Origin: Blastocystis sp. Blastoise
Taxonomy: Eukaryota > Protista > Bigyra: Opalinata
Reading direction: 5' to 3'
Length of the DNA stretch: 64,000 nucleotides
NCBI GenBank assembly: GCA_039096225.1
Contig: JBBPEB010000009.1
Span: 310,001 to 374,000, forward strand
Of this stretch, positions 29,097 through 57,750 are shown one piece after another. Within the stretch, counting starts at the first letter, position 1; the number at the start of each line of letters is the position of its first letter. The position numbers and the translations under genes are program-made. The notes below the pieces were generated by a model, which did no database searches, was not told where the DNA came from, and was given only the letters and a program-made list of their open reading frames with translations.

Positions 29097-29653
29097 TTAC
29101 ATCTCTGGTTTCCATATAGATATTTCAGAGATCGGTGAATCAGGAACAAGTTGTCTTCTCCTTGAATATGTGTGCTTCACATTGCTTTGCTGATTTATAT
29201 ATTTAAATTTATTTAAAATACGGTCACTCTCTAGATGACTTTGAATGATTGGCAACATTACTATTAAAAAAAAAGAATAAATTCATTTTATAATTCATAA
29301 AATTGATAAAAGAGAATGCAATATCTATTTATAAAAAATACCAATATTATTCCAGTAACGTGACACTTTTGAACAAGATTCTAGTGATTCATAGTCCAAG
29401 TAAGTGAAGATAGTCTGAATAATATCATTCGTTTGAAAACCATAACAATCTATATATATATGAAACTAAAAATAATGAAGGATTATATACCTTGAATAGG
29501 AAATTGTTGATCTTGTGGTTGAAGAAAGAGAAAACTTAATGAATCCTGAGAAATAGGCTCAGAAGTATTTGGTTTCCTTCGTTTCAAGTGATACTGATTG
29601 TATTGAAACTGATTTTCATCATTGGTTTCTAATTGACTTATTAGAAAGTTCAT
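29097..29653 (-). CDS. Small F-box protein (144 aa, 3 exons), absent from the ORF track
   Basis: Exons 29653-29491, 29449-29342 and 29260-29097 join by phase-1 GT-AG introns into 435 nt. Exon 2 encodes NDIIQTIFTYLDYESLESCSKVSRYWNNI, an F-box consensus. Confidence 0.8.
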
Positions 29654-30350
29654 TTTCAAATGAGATTCAAGGAAAATAACAAAATCAGAAAACTCTAGTG
29701 AAAAAATAAAGTTTAATATGAATTCTAAGGTATGTACAATAAAAAAAATTTAATTTTTTTTCTTTAATAAATAAAATTAAGATAAGAATTAATTTAGTTT
29801 GATGTATCCTTGAGTTATGAACATATAGACCACTGTCTAGTAGACTCACTATGGTAGTTGATAAGTATGTGACGAACGATGATAATTTAAAAACACTAAT
29901 TTTTCTTTATATTTATGCATAAAGAGTGAATGAAATGAGAAGCAAAATTGAGAGTTTTATGTTGCAGAATAAAAGATATAAAGACTTAATAAATAGAGAC
30001 GGTTTATTGAGGAAATGAGAATTCAGAATGATATTTGATTTCTATGATTTCTGTTACTCGATAAATACAATCAAAAAGAGGAAGGGTTTCTGTTATTCCA
30101 GTAATTTTCTATATACTGAAGAAGAAGAACATTGAATATAATAATCAAAGAAAAAACGATGATTACTGTACAGGAAGGAGTGTTTAAAGACACTATTTAG
30201 TAGAACCGCGATTATCTTTTGTTATTTGAGAGTAGAATCGTTTTTATCGTGAAATGACGGCATTATACGGTCTCAGAGAAAATTTCTCAAGGAAATGTTT
30301 TGTTATCTTTTTCTTACTATTTAATTCCATTTCAAAACATTATTACTAAA

Positions 30351-31457
30351 ATGTCTGCTCCTAAAAGAAAGGTTACTCTTAAGATCATCGTGTTAGGTGA
30401 TGCTAGTGTTGGTAAAACTTCTATTATTCGTCAATATGTAAATCAAAAGTTCTCTGATAAATATAAGGCTACTATTGGTGCTGATTTCTTTACTGACGAT
30501 CTTGTTATTGATGGTACTCAAGTTAGTCTCCAAATCTGGGATACTGCTGGTCAAGAAAGATTCCAATCTCTTGGTGCTGCTTTCTATAGAGGAGCTGATG
30601 CTTGTATTCTTACTTTTGATATTACTAATGCTAAGGTATATAATGATTCTTGATAATGATTAACAATTCAAATTCTATTATTAAACATTTTTATTTAATT
30701 ATTCATATATAGTTTGATATTATATAATTGTTTATATATATATATTTATATAGACTTTTAAGAATCTTAGTAAATGGCAAGATGAATTCTTAGTAGCTGC
30801 TGATCCTAAAGATCCTCTTAATTTCCCTTTCTTTATTTTCGGTAATAAAGTTGATCTTCAAGAAACAGATAGAAAAGTATATATATATATTAAATTGATT
30901 TTGTTTTTTATTATTATTTATTTGTATTATTATTATAATATATATATATTAAAAGTTACTACTGCTGAAGTTGAAGAATGGTCCAAGAGTTCTCGTGTAA
31001 CTGTACATATATATAAATCTATATTTATTTTTCTTTGTATAACCATATATTTTTATTAATATAACAATATATTTTTATTAATATAACAATATATTTTTAT
31101 TCATATAACAATATATATATTTTCATATAACCATATATATATTTTCATATATATTTAGACTATGCCTTTCTTTGAAACAAGTGCTAAAGAGAATATTAAT
31201 ATTGAATCTGCTTTCAAAGTAGTTGTTGCTGATGCTCTTAAACTTAAACAAGAAGAAGTGTATGTTATCTATTATTATATCTTTGTATTCCACATATTCA
31301 TTTATTAATTAAAAAAAATATATATAATTCTATAACTTCATCACATTAATTAGATACATTTAATTCTTATTCTTCTTTCTATAGATTTGTTCCTGAAGTT
31401 GTTAATGTCAATCTTAATAATGCTACTTCTGAACATAAGAAAGATTGTCAATGTTAA
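30351..31457 (+). CDS. RAB7: Rab7-family GTPase (5 exons)
   Basis: [43 protein letters not shown]-terminal CQC prenylation motif. Confidence 0.93.
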
Positions 31458-31851
31458 ATTGTTCATTTCAAATATCTGTAGTTTATTATATTTAGTCTAT
31501 ATTTCATGTTTTTTTTTCGTTGTCCTTCTTTATTCATTAGTATGCACTTAGAACATTATCTTTTCTTAATATTGTCTTTTCTCAATTATTCTATTCAAAA
31601 CCTTTAGTTTCTATCTAAAACAATCACTATCTCAATTTAAATATAACACAACATTTCTTTTATTTAAAGAAACTAATAAAGTAAAAAGTAACTCCTTGAA
31701 CACATGGAAAATTCACAGTCATTTCTTATAAATAATCACGGGAAAAGGTCTAGTATTCTCGTCCCTAGTAATCTCTCGGCTTTGTGTTCATGTGGTGAAA
31801 TGAACCTGTTTTTAAGGAATTTATTTTTACTTTTTTCAAAGTATATTCGAT

Positions 31852-34976
<3,125 letters not shown>

Positions 34977-35341
34977 ATATAAATTACAGTTCATTCTTTT
35001 TATTAAATATATTTAATAAACATAATAGATTTATTTTACTAGTCTTACACTTGTTTTATACTATTCTGTATGTATTCACCTTTGTTACGATATTAACTTT
35101 ATGTATATATAATTTCTTTTTGATAATACTTTTTTATTGTTATTTTTTACTCTTTATTTATATATGGGATTTGATTTCTGTTAAAAAACCATGTTTTTTT
35201 TTATAATGAACTCTTATCAAATATAGTTTTGTTTTTATCTTATAATTTAGAACCAAAATAAAAAAAAAGAAAGAAAAATTATTAATTGATCGAAAAAAGA
35301 GATTAAAAAAGAAGATTTCTTCAAAACATAATATACAATTT

Positions 35342-37184
<1,843 letters not shown>

Positions 37185-37755
37185 TCTATTGATTGATAAG
37201 GAAAAAGAAATATGCTGAAAAAAGATCATAATAGAATTTCTTTTTTAACGACTCGTTGTGGTTTTTATTTTTCATTTATATAAAAATATGTTTTATGTTC
37301 AAACAGTATTTTCATCTAAACATTAATCCAAGAGTAATACGAATAGCATTCATATGTATATGAGTATTCTAAACGTATAATTAGTTGATCATCATGACAT
37401 CTTAGTGTCGAAATGATGCAATAATATTTTTATTATATGAGACAAACAGACTAGATTGCGAAAAGAGGGTACTGGATAATGAATACGTAAATATTCTAAC
37501 AGTTTATTGTTTATTACTGTTTGTTGAAAGTAATTTAAATATTTGAATACAATATGAATATAGCTTGAGTTATGAATATGTATGTCATTGTCTTATGTTC
37601 TTGATCTCGTATATGGATGGAATAAAACAATATTGATAAAGAATAACAACTGTATATACCTATAATACTGTAAAAAATTGTTAAACAAAACATGAATTAT
37701 TTATAAAACTATAATAAAAGACAGATTAAAATGGTATTGAGAATAATTCACATGT

Positions 37756-40194
<2,439 letters not shown>

Positions 40195-40895
40195 TCTTGT
40201 TGACAATTTAATATAAACTAACACTCGAAATCGAAAATGAAATGTTTTCAGAAAAAAATGTGTTTTTTAAAAACCATGAAAAACATCAATTGATGTTCTT
40301 ATTGGATGCCAAAAAATACGGTTTTTCCGAAATCGAGGACAGGTTTGGGTTCTTTTTGTGTTTTACTCATCTTTTATGTCTATCTGTGCATTATTAATAT
40401 ACACATATTTTCTTTTAATCATGTGCTTACTGTTATCCGAATTTTGTAGACTTAGTATTATCTGTATATAAAGAAGATTAAGTTGCTATTTCATTTTTTA
40501 AGTCGATAATTTATACTTCATTCTGTTATACACGTAGAATAAAAGAATTTATCATTTGAAATTTTAAATTATAACGTTCCAAATATCATTTTCTTGCTAT
40601 TATATATATAAATATATATATACTTTTTTGGAAGAAATTTCATATTTTTTCCAAAATAATCACCATATATTGATATATAAATAGATTAACATAATCAATG
40701 ACTTTGTTTAATAGTATTCATGAATACAAATGTTTTTATTTACGTTATAAAAGATAAAATATAATAAACAAAACAAACAACAGACTACTAAGCTAAATTT
40801 TAAAAAGTTTAAAAAAACATAACACAACAAACTCTAAGAAAGATTCAAAAAGAACAGAAGTATTATATAATAATTTCAGTGAGATTTTTAATTCA

Positions 40896-43800
40896 TTAAT
40901 TTGAAGAAACAATAATATGAGTTTCATTCTTATTTACAACACCACCAACTTTCTTTCTAAGATTTGCAAGTTCTTCCCTATATAATATAATAATATATAT
41001 ATATGTTATATAATTATTCATACAAAATGAATAAATGGTAACTAATAAAATAAATTATATATATATATATACATGTTCTTTCTTAATGTATATCTCTTGA
41101 TAAGTACATATATAATAGCAATAATAGTGACTAATACACATGCTATAACTATATATATAAGTGAAGCATTTGTGCATTCACCAGTAATATCAGTCCATTC
41201 AACATTATTGTTTATTACCACACATGATCGAGATTGTGTTCCAAAGTAACCACTAGGACAAGGAATATCTATATGTGAATCTAACGGAACCATTGTAACT
41301 GTATCTAATGATGAACAATAAGCACGTATAATAGAGAAAGTAATCATAGCAGTAACTGTACCTCTTTCATTAGTACCCGAAATAGTATATATAGTTTCAC
41401 TAGTAATATTACTAGCTTTTCCAGATATAGAACCATCAGCATGAAGAAGAATACCATAAGGAAGAGCTATATGTAATAATGAATAGTATAGTATATAGAT
41501 ATTAATAGAGTATCTTGAAAGAAAGAAGAAAATATAATATTGTATATATATGTATGGGAAATATATATAATAAAGGAAGAATCATATAAATATTATATAT
41601 AAATATTATATATAAATATATAATATATAAATATATAATATATAGCTGGTTTAATAGTAAATGAAGAGATAATATTATCATAAGTAGGTTTAGAAATATT
41701 AACATATTCATATTGATTAAAAGAGGGTTGTATTTCACTATAACGTAGATGAAGAGGAGCAAGCATGTGACAATGATCTGTGTTCTCTTTCTTCAAATGA
41801 ATACCATTACAATATCTATATTTATATCCTTCATAACCTTGTCCACAAACAGTATAACTATATTCATCTTCTCCAATAGTGGGATAAGTATCTTCACCAA
41901 TACATATACTATCGGTATAACGACAATAAGTAAATGTTAATTCATGGAGAATCAGTACAGAATCTTTATCATTGGATTGGCTACTGGTTGTACGGAGACT
42001 AGAATCACTATTGAAATGAATACGAAGATAAGGGAAACCGATGACACCAAGGGGGACAGGTAATGAATAATAATTACCAGAAGTACCTTTAATTATAGTC
42101 TATATATATGTATAATGATAATAAATATAATAAATATAATAAATATAATAAATATAATAAATATAATAATAATATATATACATTATTTAAAACATTGACC
42201 CATTCATAAGAGTTCATTTCTTTTCCTTCTATATATATACTTGAAGGGTATTTTTCATCTGCAAATTGAAGATTAATAGTATTAAAGAATGATAATTGAT
42301 CATTAACAAATTGTATATCTACATAAATATCATCCGATTTTAAGAAAGAAGTTGAAGTGAATGTATTTACATCGAATAAAGCATTCAGTGTACTTTCATT
42401 GGCTAATGGAGAGGATGACACACTCGAGAAATGAGGGATCAAAGGAGAACAAGTACCATATCTATATATAATATCCATATCATAGAAATGATCTGTTTGT
42501 GTTTTATCTGGACTCTTCATATATATAGCAATAATATTATTCTTTTTCTTCAAGAAATATGTTTGAAGAGGAATAGAGAAAGTATATTTATATAAGATTC
42601 GCTTTGATTGAATATCCATATATCTATCTTCTTCTTTTGGTGTATACTCCAATATATATATACCATTAATATATATAGTACAGATACAATCAGTATATAT
42701 ATTATATTCCATCACAGAATGGGTACCAGGTTCTAATAAATCAAGCTATATAATAATAGTATTAGTAATATATATATTTAATAATAACAATAATAATAAA
42801 TATATATAATTATAATAAACATAAGCATAATAAATATAATAAATATATACAGAATATCTAAGATAAGTATGAATATTCTTTGAAACATTTCCACCTTGAA
42901 CAGTATTCCAAGATGCGTCATTGTAATCTTCACTATACCATTCAGAAAGCTCTTCATAATTGATCTTATATTCGTGGTTATTTCCAATTTCCATCGGTTT
43001 AGTAAGATCAATGGATATTTGATAAAGAGTAGTAGAACCAGGAAGTGTACGGCTATCAATAATATTCTTATATCCTTCTCGAAGTATATATCCCATAGGA
43101 TAAACAAAAGGAATCTCTTCCGTACCTATAAACTCAATTGTATATATAGATATAGGTAAACAATAAGAGAATGTTCGAGAATATAAAAAGTCATCCTCTG
43201 TTTCAGGATTATAATTCTTCTCACTATATATATGTAAGGTAAAAAAATAGATAATAATATAAACATAATATATATATAAAAGGTAAAAAAGAAAGAATAG
43301 ATAATCAATATATATGTAATAAACAATATATATATATATACTGTTCATAGGGAAGATAAAGAGGAGTAATAGAATACAGAGGGGTCTCTGTAGTTGATAT
43401 TCCATTATATATATTTATCTTATTCTTTAAATTCTTAAAAGGATATGCAAAATCTATAGACATTAATGTTTCTTTTCCGTTACAAGCAGTTATCTCAATA
43501 TCTATTTGTGTTTCGACAGTTTCTCCACTTTCTTTAGTAGCTGTAATTTTATAGGATTCACGACCTTGTTGATCTAAAGACATTCCCGTGATTATTCCTG
43601 TAGTTTTATCAAGTGAAATGCCTGTAGGAAGAGAAGGAGAAACAGTATATGTATTATATACACCTAAAGTAGAAGGTATAATCATATCTATATATAAACC
43701 AGCAATAAAAGAGTAACTAGAAGAAGGATAATTGAATGTTGGTCCTATCAAAGAAAGAGAAGAAGAATAGAACTCTAATTCATTTATTTCATAACTTGAT

Positions 43801-46800
43801 GATTTTTGTATAGTATTACTAACATTATCAATCATATATCTATTATATACACCAGTATGATCAGGTATATAAAAGAATTGACGATAATTTGAATCAGACC
43901 AATATATATGTTCACGATGATCTATAATGACCCAATCCCCGCAATTATCACCTTCACAATGAGCAGCTTTTATTGTCCAACTTTCAGGTCTATTCGCACG
44001 TTTTACAGAAGAAGGAATATAAAGAGAATAATAATTTACCCATATGTATTCATCATCAAGATGTTTAAAAGTAATATTTTGCCCATCAAAGAAAGTGGTT
44101 GTAGTAGAATATATATGATCATGTATATAAGGGTAATTACCTGATTGAGAAGACATAGTAACAGCATCATAGAAAGAAAAAGAAGGACCTATTAATATAT
44201 ATATATATAATATATATATAGTATTTATAAATAGAATAATAAAAATAATTTGAATATTAAAATATTAATAATCATGATTCTTTTAATATACCTTTATTAA
44301 TATCTCTAACAGAGAAGTCAGTTGCATGTTTATAGATAATACCACCTTCTTGAGAAACTGTTGAATCTCCAAGAATCATTATACTGATTACATTTCGACC
44401 TACTACAAGGGAAGAAGAAGGAACAGTAATCTTTCGTCCTTTCACTTCGGTATATCTAGAAGTGGCATTTGAATATATAGTTATTTCACCTTCAGGAATT
44501 CTATTTTTAAATACTTCTATATCATTAATATATATCATAATACCATGTAAATAATTCGCTTCAATCTCTATACCTGTATGAATATCAACTGATTCTATAG
44601 TAAATGTTTTTCTATATAATTCTATATGTTTTATAGATCCTTGCTGAGGCCATGTGATCAGCGTCCAATCAGAATCATCAAACGTCTTTTTATACCAATC
44701 ATTTGAATACCATTGTGTTTTGTATTTCCATTCTGATTGATGTTTTATATAATATTTTGTAGAGAAATAAGTATCAGAATTTTCAAAAGGAATTTGTCTT
44801 CCTTTATATATAAGTGTCGTATTATCAAGAGAAAGAAGAGAAGATGGGAAGTCAACTTGTTTGGTATATACATATAAATAAGATCCTTCAGACCATTCGT
44901 GGAGGGAACTAAATGGAGGGAAAATAAGGAGGGAAATCATAAATAGTTGATTATTAATATGTTTAGTATATACATAATATATATTAAGAAATAAAATTGG
45001 TTATAGTTATTAATATATATATATATATAAGATTAATAAATATAAATAGATAATATACTTAGAAGATCCATAATGGACTTGATAAATAGCTTCATCAACA
45101 CATAATTCATAATATATTTTATCTGATGATTTCTGTGTAGTATTTGCTTTTTCTTCTAAAATAACTTCTCCTGTAATAGTATTTGATATAGAATAAGTTT
45201 CTGTAGTATCCACTTTTGATCCATATTGACGTACAATCTTTAAATGACTTTGTGAACAATCTATTATATATATATATTAATTACGTTAATCAATTATATT
45301 TAATACAATTAAATAAATATAAAATAAATGTAAAATAAATATAAAAAAAAATATATAAAAATAAATAAATACATACACTTAAAGTTAAGAGTGAGAACAA
45401 CGGTTTGCTGAACTGGATGAAGAGCTGTAATTGTATAACTATTGATATCTGTTGGTTCCACAAGCTAATCGAGAAGAAACAATAGATATATAGGATATAG
45501 TAAAAAAATATAAAATAATAATTAATAAAATAATAAATAATATTATATATAACATATAATATACAGTTCCTGAAATAATGCCAGTGACATTATCGATGCT
45601 CATTCCCACGGGGAGATCTGGAGAAATAGAGAATGTATTATATCCCTTGACAGCAGGTACTATGTCTTCTGCTTCCATATATACATAACGATTATAAGTA
45701 GAAGAAGGATAAGAGAGAGGCTCAGGGGATATATTACAGGTATATATATAGAACTCAGAGATTACCGTGTTAGATCCACCGTGATTATCTAGAGAAGGGA
45801 TGGAATACAATAATAGAATAATATATAATAATCATTAATACGATATAATAATAATGATTATAATAAAATACTATAAAAATTAAGATAATAATAATAAATA
45901 GAATAATATAATATAAACTTAAAAATCCTATAATAACATCATTATATACTTAGGATATAAAGTTTCATCTTATTATAAGCATTAGTCTGAGGGGGCATTG
46001 TGTAGTTATACCACTTATTGGACTCCGAGACAATCTTTCGTTCCATATCAATAGGTATATATTCTTGGGATTCTGAATTATATCCATAAATATCATAAGA
46101 AGTGGGTGTGTCCGTAGTATAACTTAAAGGAGCAAAAGCATAACCATTCACTTGAATATAACTATATATATACAAATGTTTTATGATAATAATAATAATA
46201 ATAATAATAAACATAAATATATATATATATAAGTATTATTATCAAATTGGTATTCAACATATATATCGCTTCTCTTTTCTCCATGCCATTGCCAGCCTAA
46301 ACGATAATCAAATAAATTACTAGCAGGTTCAGCTATAGAAGATAATAATAAATATATATATAAAGAAAATAATTATATATATATACATGTGGAAGAGCTA
46401 GGAGAATCTAAAATAGTGACAGTATCTACAACATAAGCACATTCTATATAATAAACATAATAATAATAATAATATATATAATAATATAATAATAATAATA
46501 ATAAATATAATATATATAATAATAATATATATATAATAATAATATATATAATAATAATAATAATAATACTATTAGGTAATGTAGCACTGATGGGTGTGAA
46601 AAAGACGTTTATATGATTAGAAGAAGAAGAAGAAGTAGAAGAAATAGATATAGCGAGTATATTATGAGTTTGAAGAGGATAGGCAGATAGTATTACTTTC
46701 ATAAAGTCTGTAGAATCAAAGTTATTATAAGTATTTTCATTATTATGATATACAAGAACGTCATTTAAATAGATAGCTATATTACCATTATATAATAAAC

Positions 46801-47518
46801 CAAGAGTATAAGCAGCAATCATATTAACATTTACAGCATTAAAAGGAATTCTATAGAAATCAGAAGTAGAAGTAGTTTCTTTTGAAGATCCTAAAGTGAT
46901 TGTAGACCATGAGTCATCGTTAAAAGTAGATTTATACCAATTTTCTACTTGTGTATTCGAATACTTTACAGAACTATTCGCAGAAATGTAAGTATTAACT
47001 AGAATCGAGATAGGATAATAATATCAATATTGAATAAACATACAGTCTAAAGAGTAAGTAAGTAAATAACCAGCATTCTGAGATACTTTGGTAATCAAAT
47101 TATTATAAGGTCCATATAAAACAAGATAAGATTCAGATTTATCACTTGGAGGATTTCTATATGTGAGAATTAAAATGATAAAACAAAAAAGAAATGAAAA
47201 AAATAGGGAAAAAAAGAAACAATGAATTCTTAAATTATTAAAAACATACAATGATTCATAAATCAACGTATATATCATATCGTCACTTTTAGGTAAACAA
47301 TATTCTTTATATAATTTCTCATGTTTCGAAGTTTCTCCTCGAAGAAGATCTTTAATTTGACCATTTTGCTTTCCAACAAGTGTCCATGTTTCATTTGTTT
47401 GTTTGTAGCAATAGTGGAGTGCACTAATTTGTATTTCGTTTTCATTACATTGAATTAATGCAAATGAACATTGCATGAAAAACAAAGTTATCAATATGAA
47501 TATAAATGATACTTTCAT
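40896..47518 (-). CDS. Large type-I surface protein with galactose-binding-like modules and three putative-Ig (He_PIG-like) domains
   Basis: Signal MKVSFIFILITLFFMQCSFA. Repeated W(Y)xxxFxDxxW...INxxEV...NxIAI modules. LPVGMSIDNVTGIISG, LPTGISLDKTTGIITG and LPYGILLHADGSISG. Cys-rich CPSGYFGTQSRSC, then a TM helix and a short basic tail. Confidence 0.8.
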
Positions 47519-47578
47519 ATCAAAAAGAAAAGAGAAAAAAAAATGTGAAATGTGGAAATAAAAATTTAGAATCGAATT

Positions 47579-48658
47579 TTGACCAGACAAAAAGTTGCTC
47601 TTTCAGTATGTCGGTTTCTGGCGACTTTTTTAAACCAGAAAAAAGTTTCCAGTTTTTAGTAATTAAGTCGTATAAGAAACACGGTTATTTTATGTTTTTT
47701 GAGTCACTTAGTGTTTACCTGATAAAATGGTAGCAACTTTTTATATTTAAAAACATATTAGGGTAAAAGAAGACATGAATAAAAGTATTATATATATTTA
47801 TGTATTATAGGAAACTCACATATATTATAAACAGTATAAAATTACATAAATAATATATATTAATTGAGTTACAAAAAAATTTTTTTATTCTTGTGAATAC
47901 AATAAGAATCACTTATATAAAAGTGTTTTTTCTTGGGAAAACAATATTTTTTGAAGATTTTCTTGATGTTATTAAATGAATTATATAATTGTATCCAGAA
48001 AGACTTTAACAATACTGTTTTAAAATTCTATTCTAATTTACTGTTATATATAAAAATAAATTATAAAAAACTATCAAAAAAGCAATTGGAAATCATATTT
48101 GTTTGACAGTATATTATTTAAGCTATTAACTTATTCTAGTCTATTTATAATATAGTTTTAAGCACAGATAAAGATATGAATACTCAAAAACCTACTTATA
48201 AAAAAACAATGGAGACTAATTCTTTAGAAAACGTTATCTCTCCTCAAAGACCTATATGTAAATTAAGAGGACACTCAATTAAAAATGTACAACTAGGTAA
48301 ATTCATACTATTATTTTGTCTTACACATTCATTTTTTTAGATTCAAACGACTTTGTAGTTTCCCCATGTTTAAATCAGTCAGAAAATACTAAAATTCATC
48401 GTAAACCAGGAAGACCTCCAAAAATAAAACGAGGACCAAAACCTAAAAAAGGTAATCAATTAATTCTTTATTTCTTTTTATAAATTTTACTATTTTCATT
48501 TTATATAGAGAACGAAAAAACAATAAACGAAAAAATTGAAAAAAATACTAACAACGAAACTAAAAGTATTTAAAATTATTTTCATTTTCATTTTTATTTT
48601 TATTTTATATAGAGAATAAAAACACTATTACGGCTTTTATTCGAAGAGAACAATTTAA
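47579..48658 (+). repeat. Left terminal inverted repeat (1080 bp)
   Basis: Reverse complement of 51298-52378, from TTGACCAGACAAAAAG to GAACAATTTAA. Confidence 0.95.
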
Positions 48659-48710
48659 AATATATAACCTTTTATTACTTAAATTTCAGATATGCATATG
48701 TAGATATTGA
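48176..48710 (+). CDS. Truncated transposase N-terminus (128 aa, AT-hook) encoded by the left TIR
   Basis: Exons 48176-48296, 48341-48451, 48509-48565 and 48613-48710 with intact GT-AG sites. Contains RKPGRPPK. Diverges from the transposase after REQFK and stops at TGA 48708-48710. Expression unknown. Confidence 0.5.
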
Positions 48711-48724
48711 TATATATTAATTAA

Positions 48725-51781
<3,057 letters not shown>

Positions 51782-52620
51782 ATCTTTATCTGTGCTTAAA
51801 ACTATATTATAAATAGACTAGAATAAGTTAATAGCTTAAATAATATACTGTCAAACAAATATGATTTCCAATTGCTTTTTTGATAGTTTTTTATAATTTA
51901 TTTTTATATATAACAGTAAATTAGAATAGAATTTTAAAACAGTATTGTTAAAGTCTTTCTGGATACAATTATATAATTCATTTAATAACATCAAGAAAAT
52001 CTTCAAAAAATATTGTTTTCCCAAGAAAAAACACTTTTATATAAGTGATTCTTATTCTATTCACAATAATAAAAAAATTTTTTTGTAACTCAATTAATAT
52101 ATATTATTTATGTAATTTTATACTGTTTATAATATATGTGAGTTTCCTATAATACATAAATATATATAATACTTTTATTCATGTCTTCTTTTACCCTAAT
52201 ATGTTTTTAAATATAAAAAGTTGCTACCATTTTATCAGGTAAACACTAAGTGACTCAAAAAACATAAAATAACCGTGTTTCTTATACGACTTAATTACTA
52301 AAAACTGGAAACTTTTTTCTGGTTTAAAAAAGTCGCCAGAAACCGACATACTGAAAGAGCAACTTTTTGTCTGGTCAAATCGAATTTGTAGAAAAAAAAA
52401 TCTTTGACGCATCTTGCGTTGGAGAAAAATATGTGAATGGCTATTACGTTAGAATGATCTTGTTTCTCTAGTTTATTTTTAAATATTAAACAGTAAGGTT
52501 TTATCTTTATTTTTGTAATATATGAGATCATATAGAGTATGTTATAATTTCTATGATTACGGAGAACTAGATCAAGATACATTATAGCAAACACCAAATT
52601 ATACAAATAATGAAAAATGA

Positions 52621-52628
52621 AACAAACA
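52621..52628 (-). terminator. Candidate GU-rich 3'-processing motif TGTTTGTT
   Basis: About 95 nt downstream of the DHX16 stop; the same octamer lies at 40772-40779 downstream of the Ig-repeat gene. It matches the motif described near Blastocystis poly(A) sites. Confidence 0.3.
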
Positions 52629-52724
52629 AAAAGAAAATGGTACAGACAAAGTTGGAACATCAAAGAGACAGAAGACAATATAGTATCGATGAATTCTTTA
52701 AAAAATAGCAATAAAAAAGAGTGG

Positions 52725-57723
<4,999 letters not shown>

Positions 57724-57750
57724 GGGAATTATTGTATGAACGGTTGTTTT

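Noticed and set aside
47506-47733. Identical peptide FDQTKSCSFSMSVSGDFFKPEK... in ORFs 47506..47733 and 52224..52412
   Set aside because: Chance read-through from the flanks into the two TIR ends; no independent start or protein signature.
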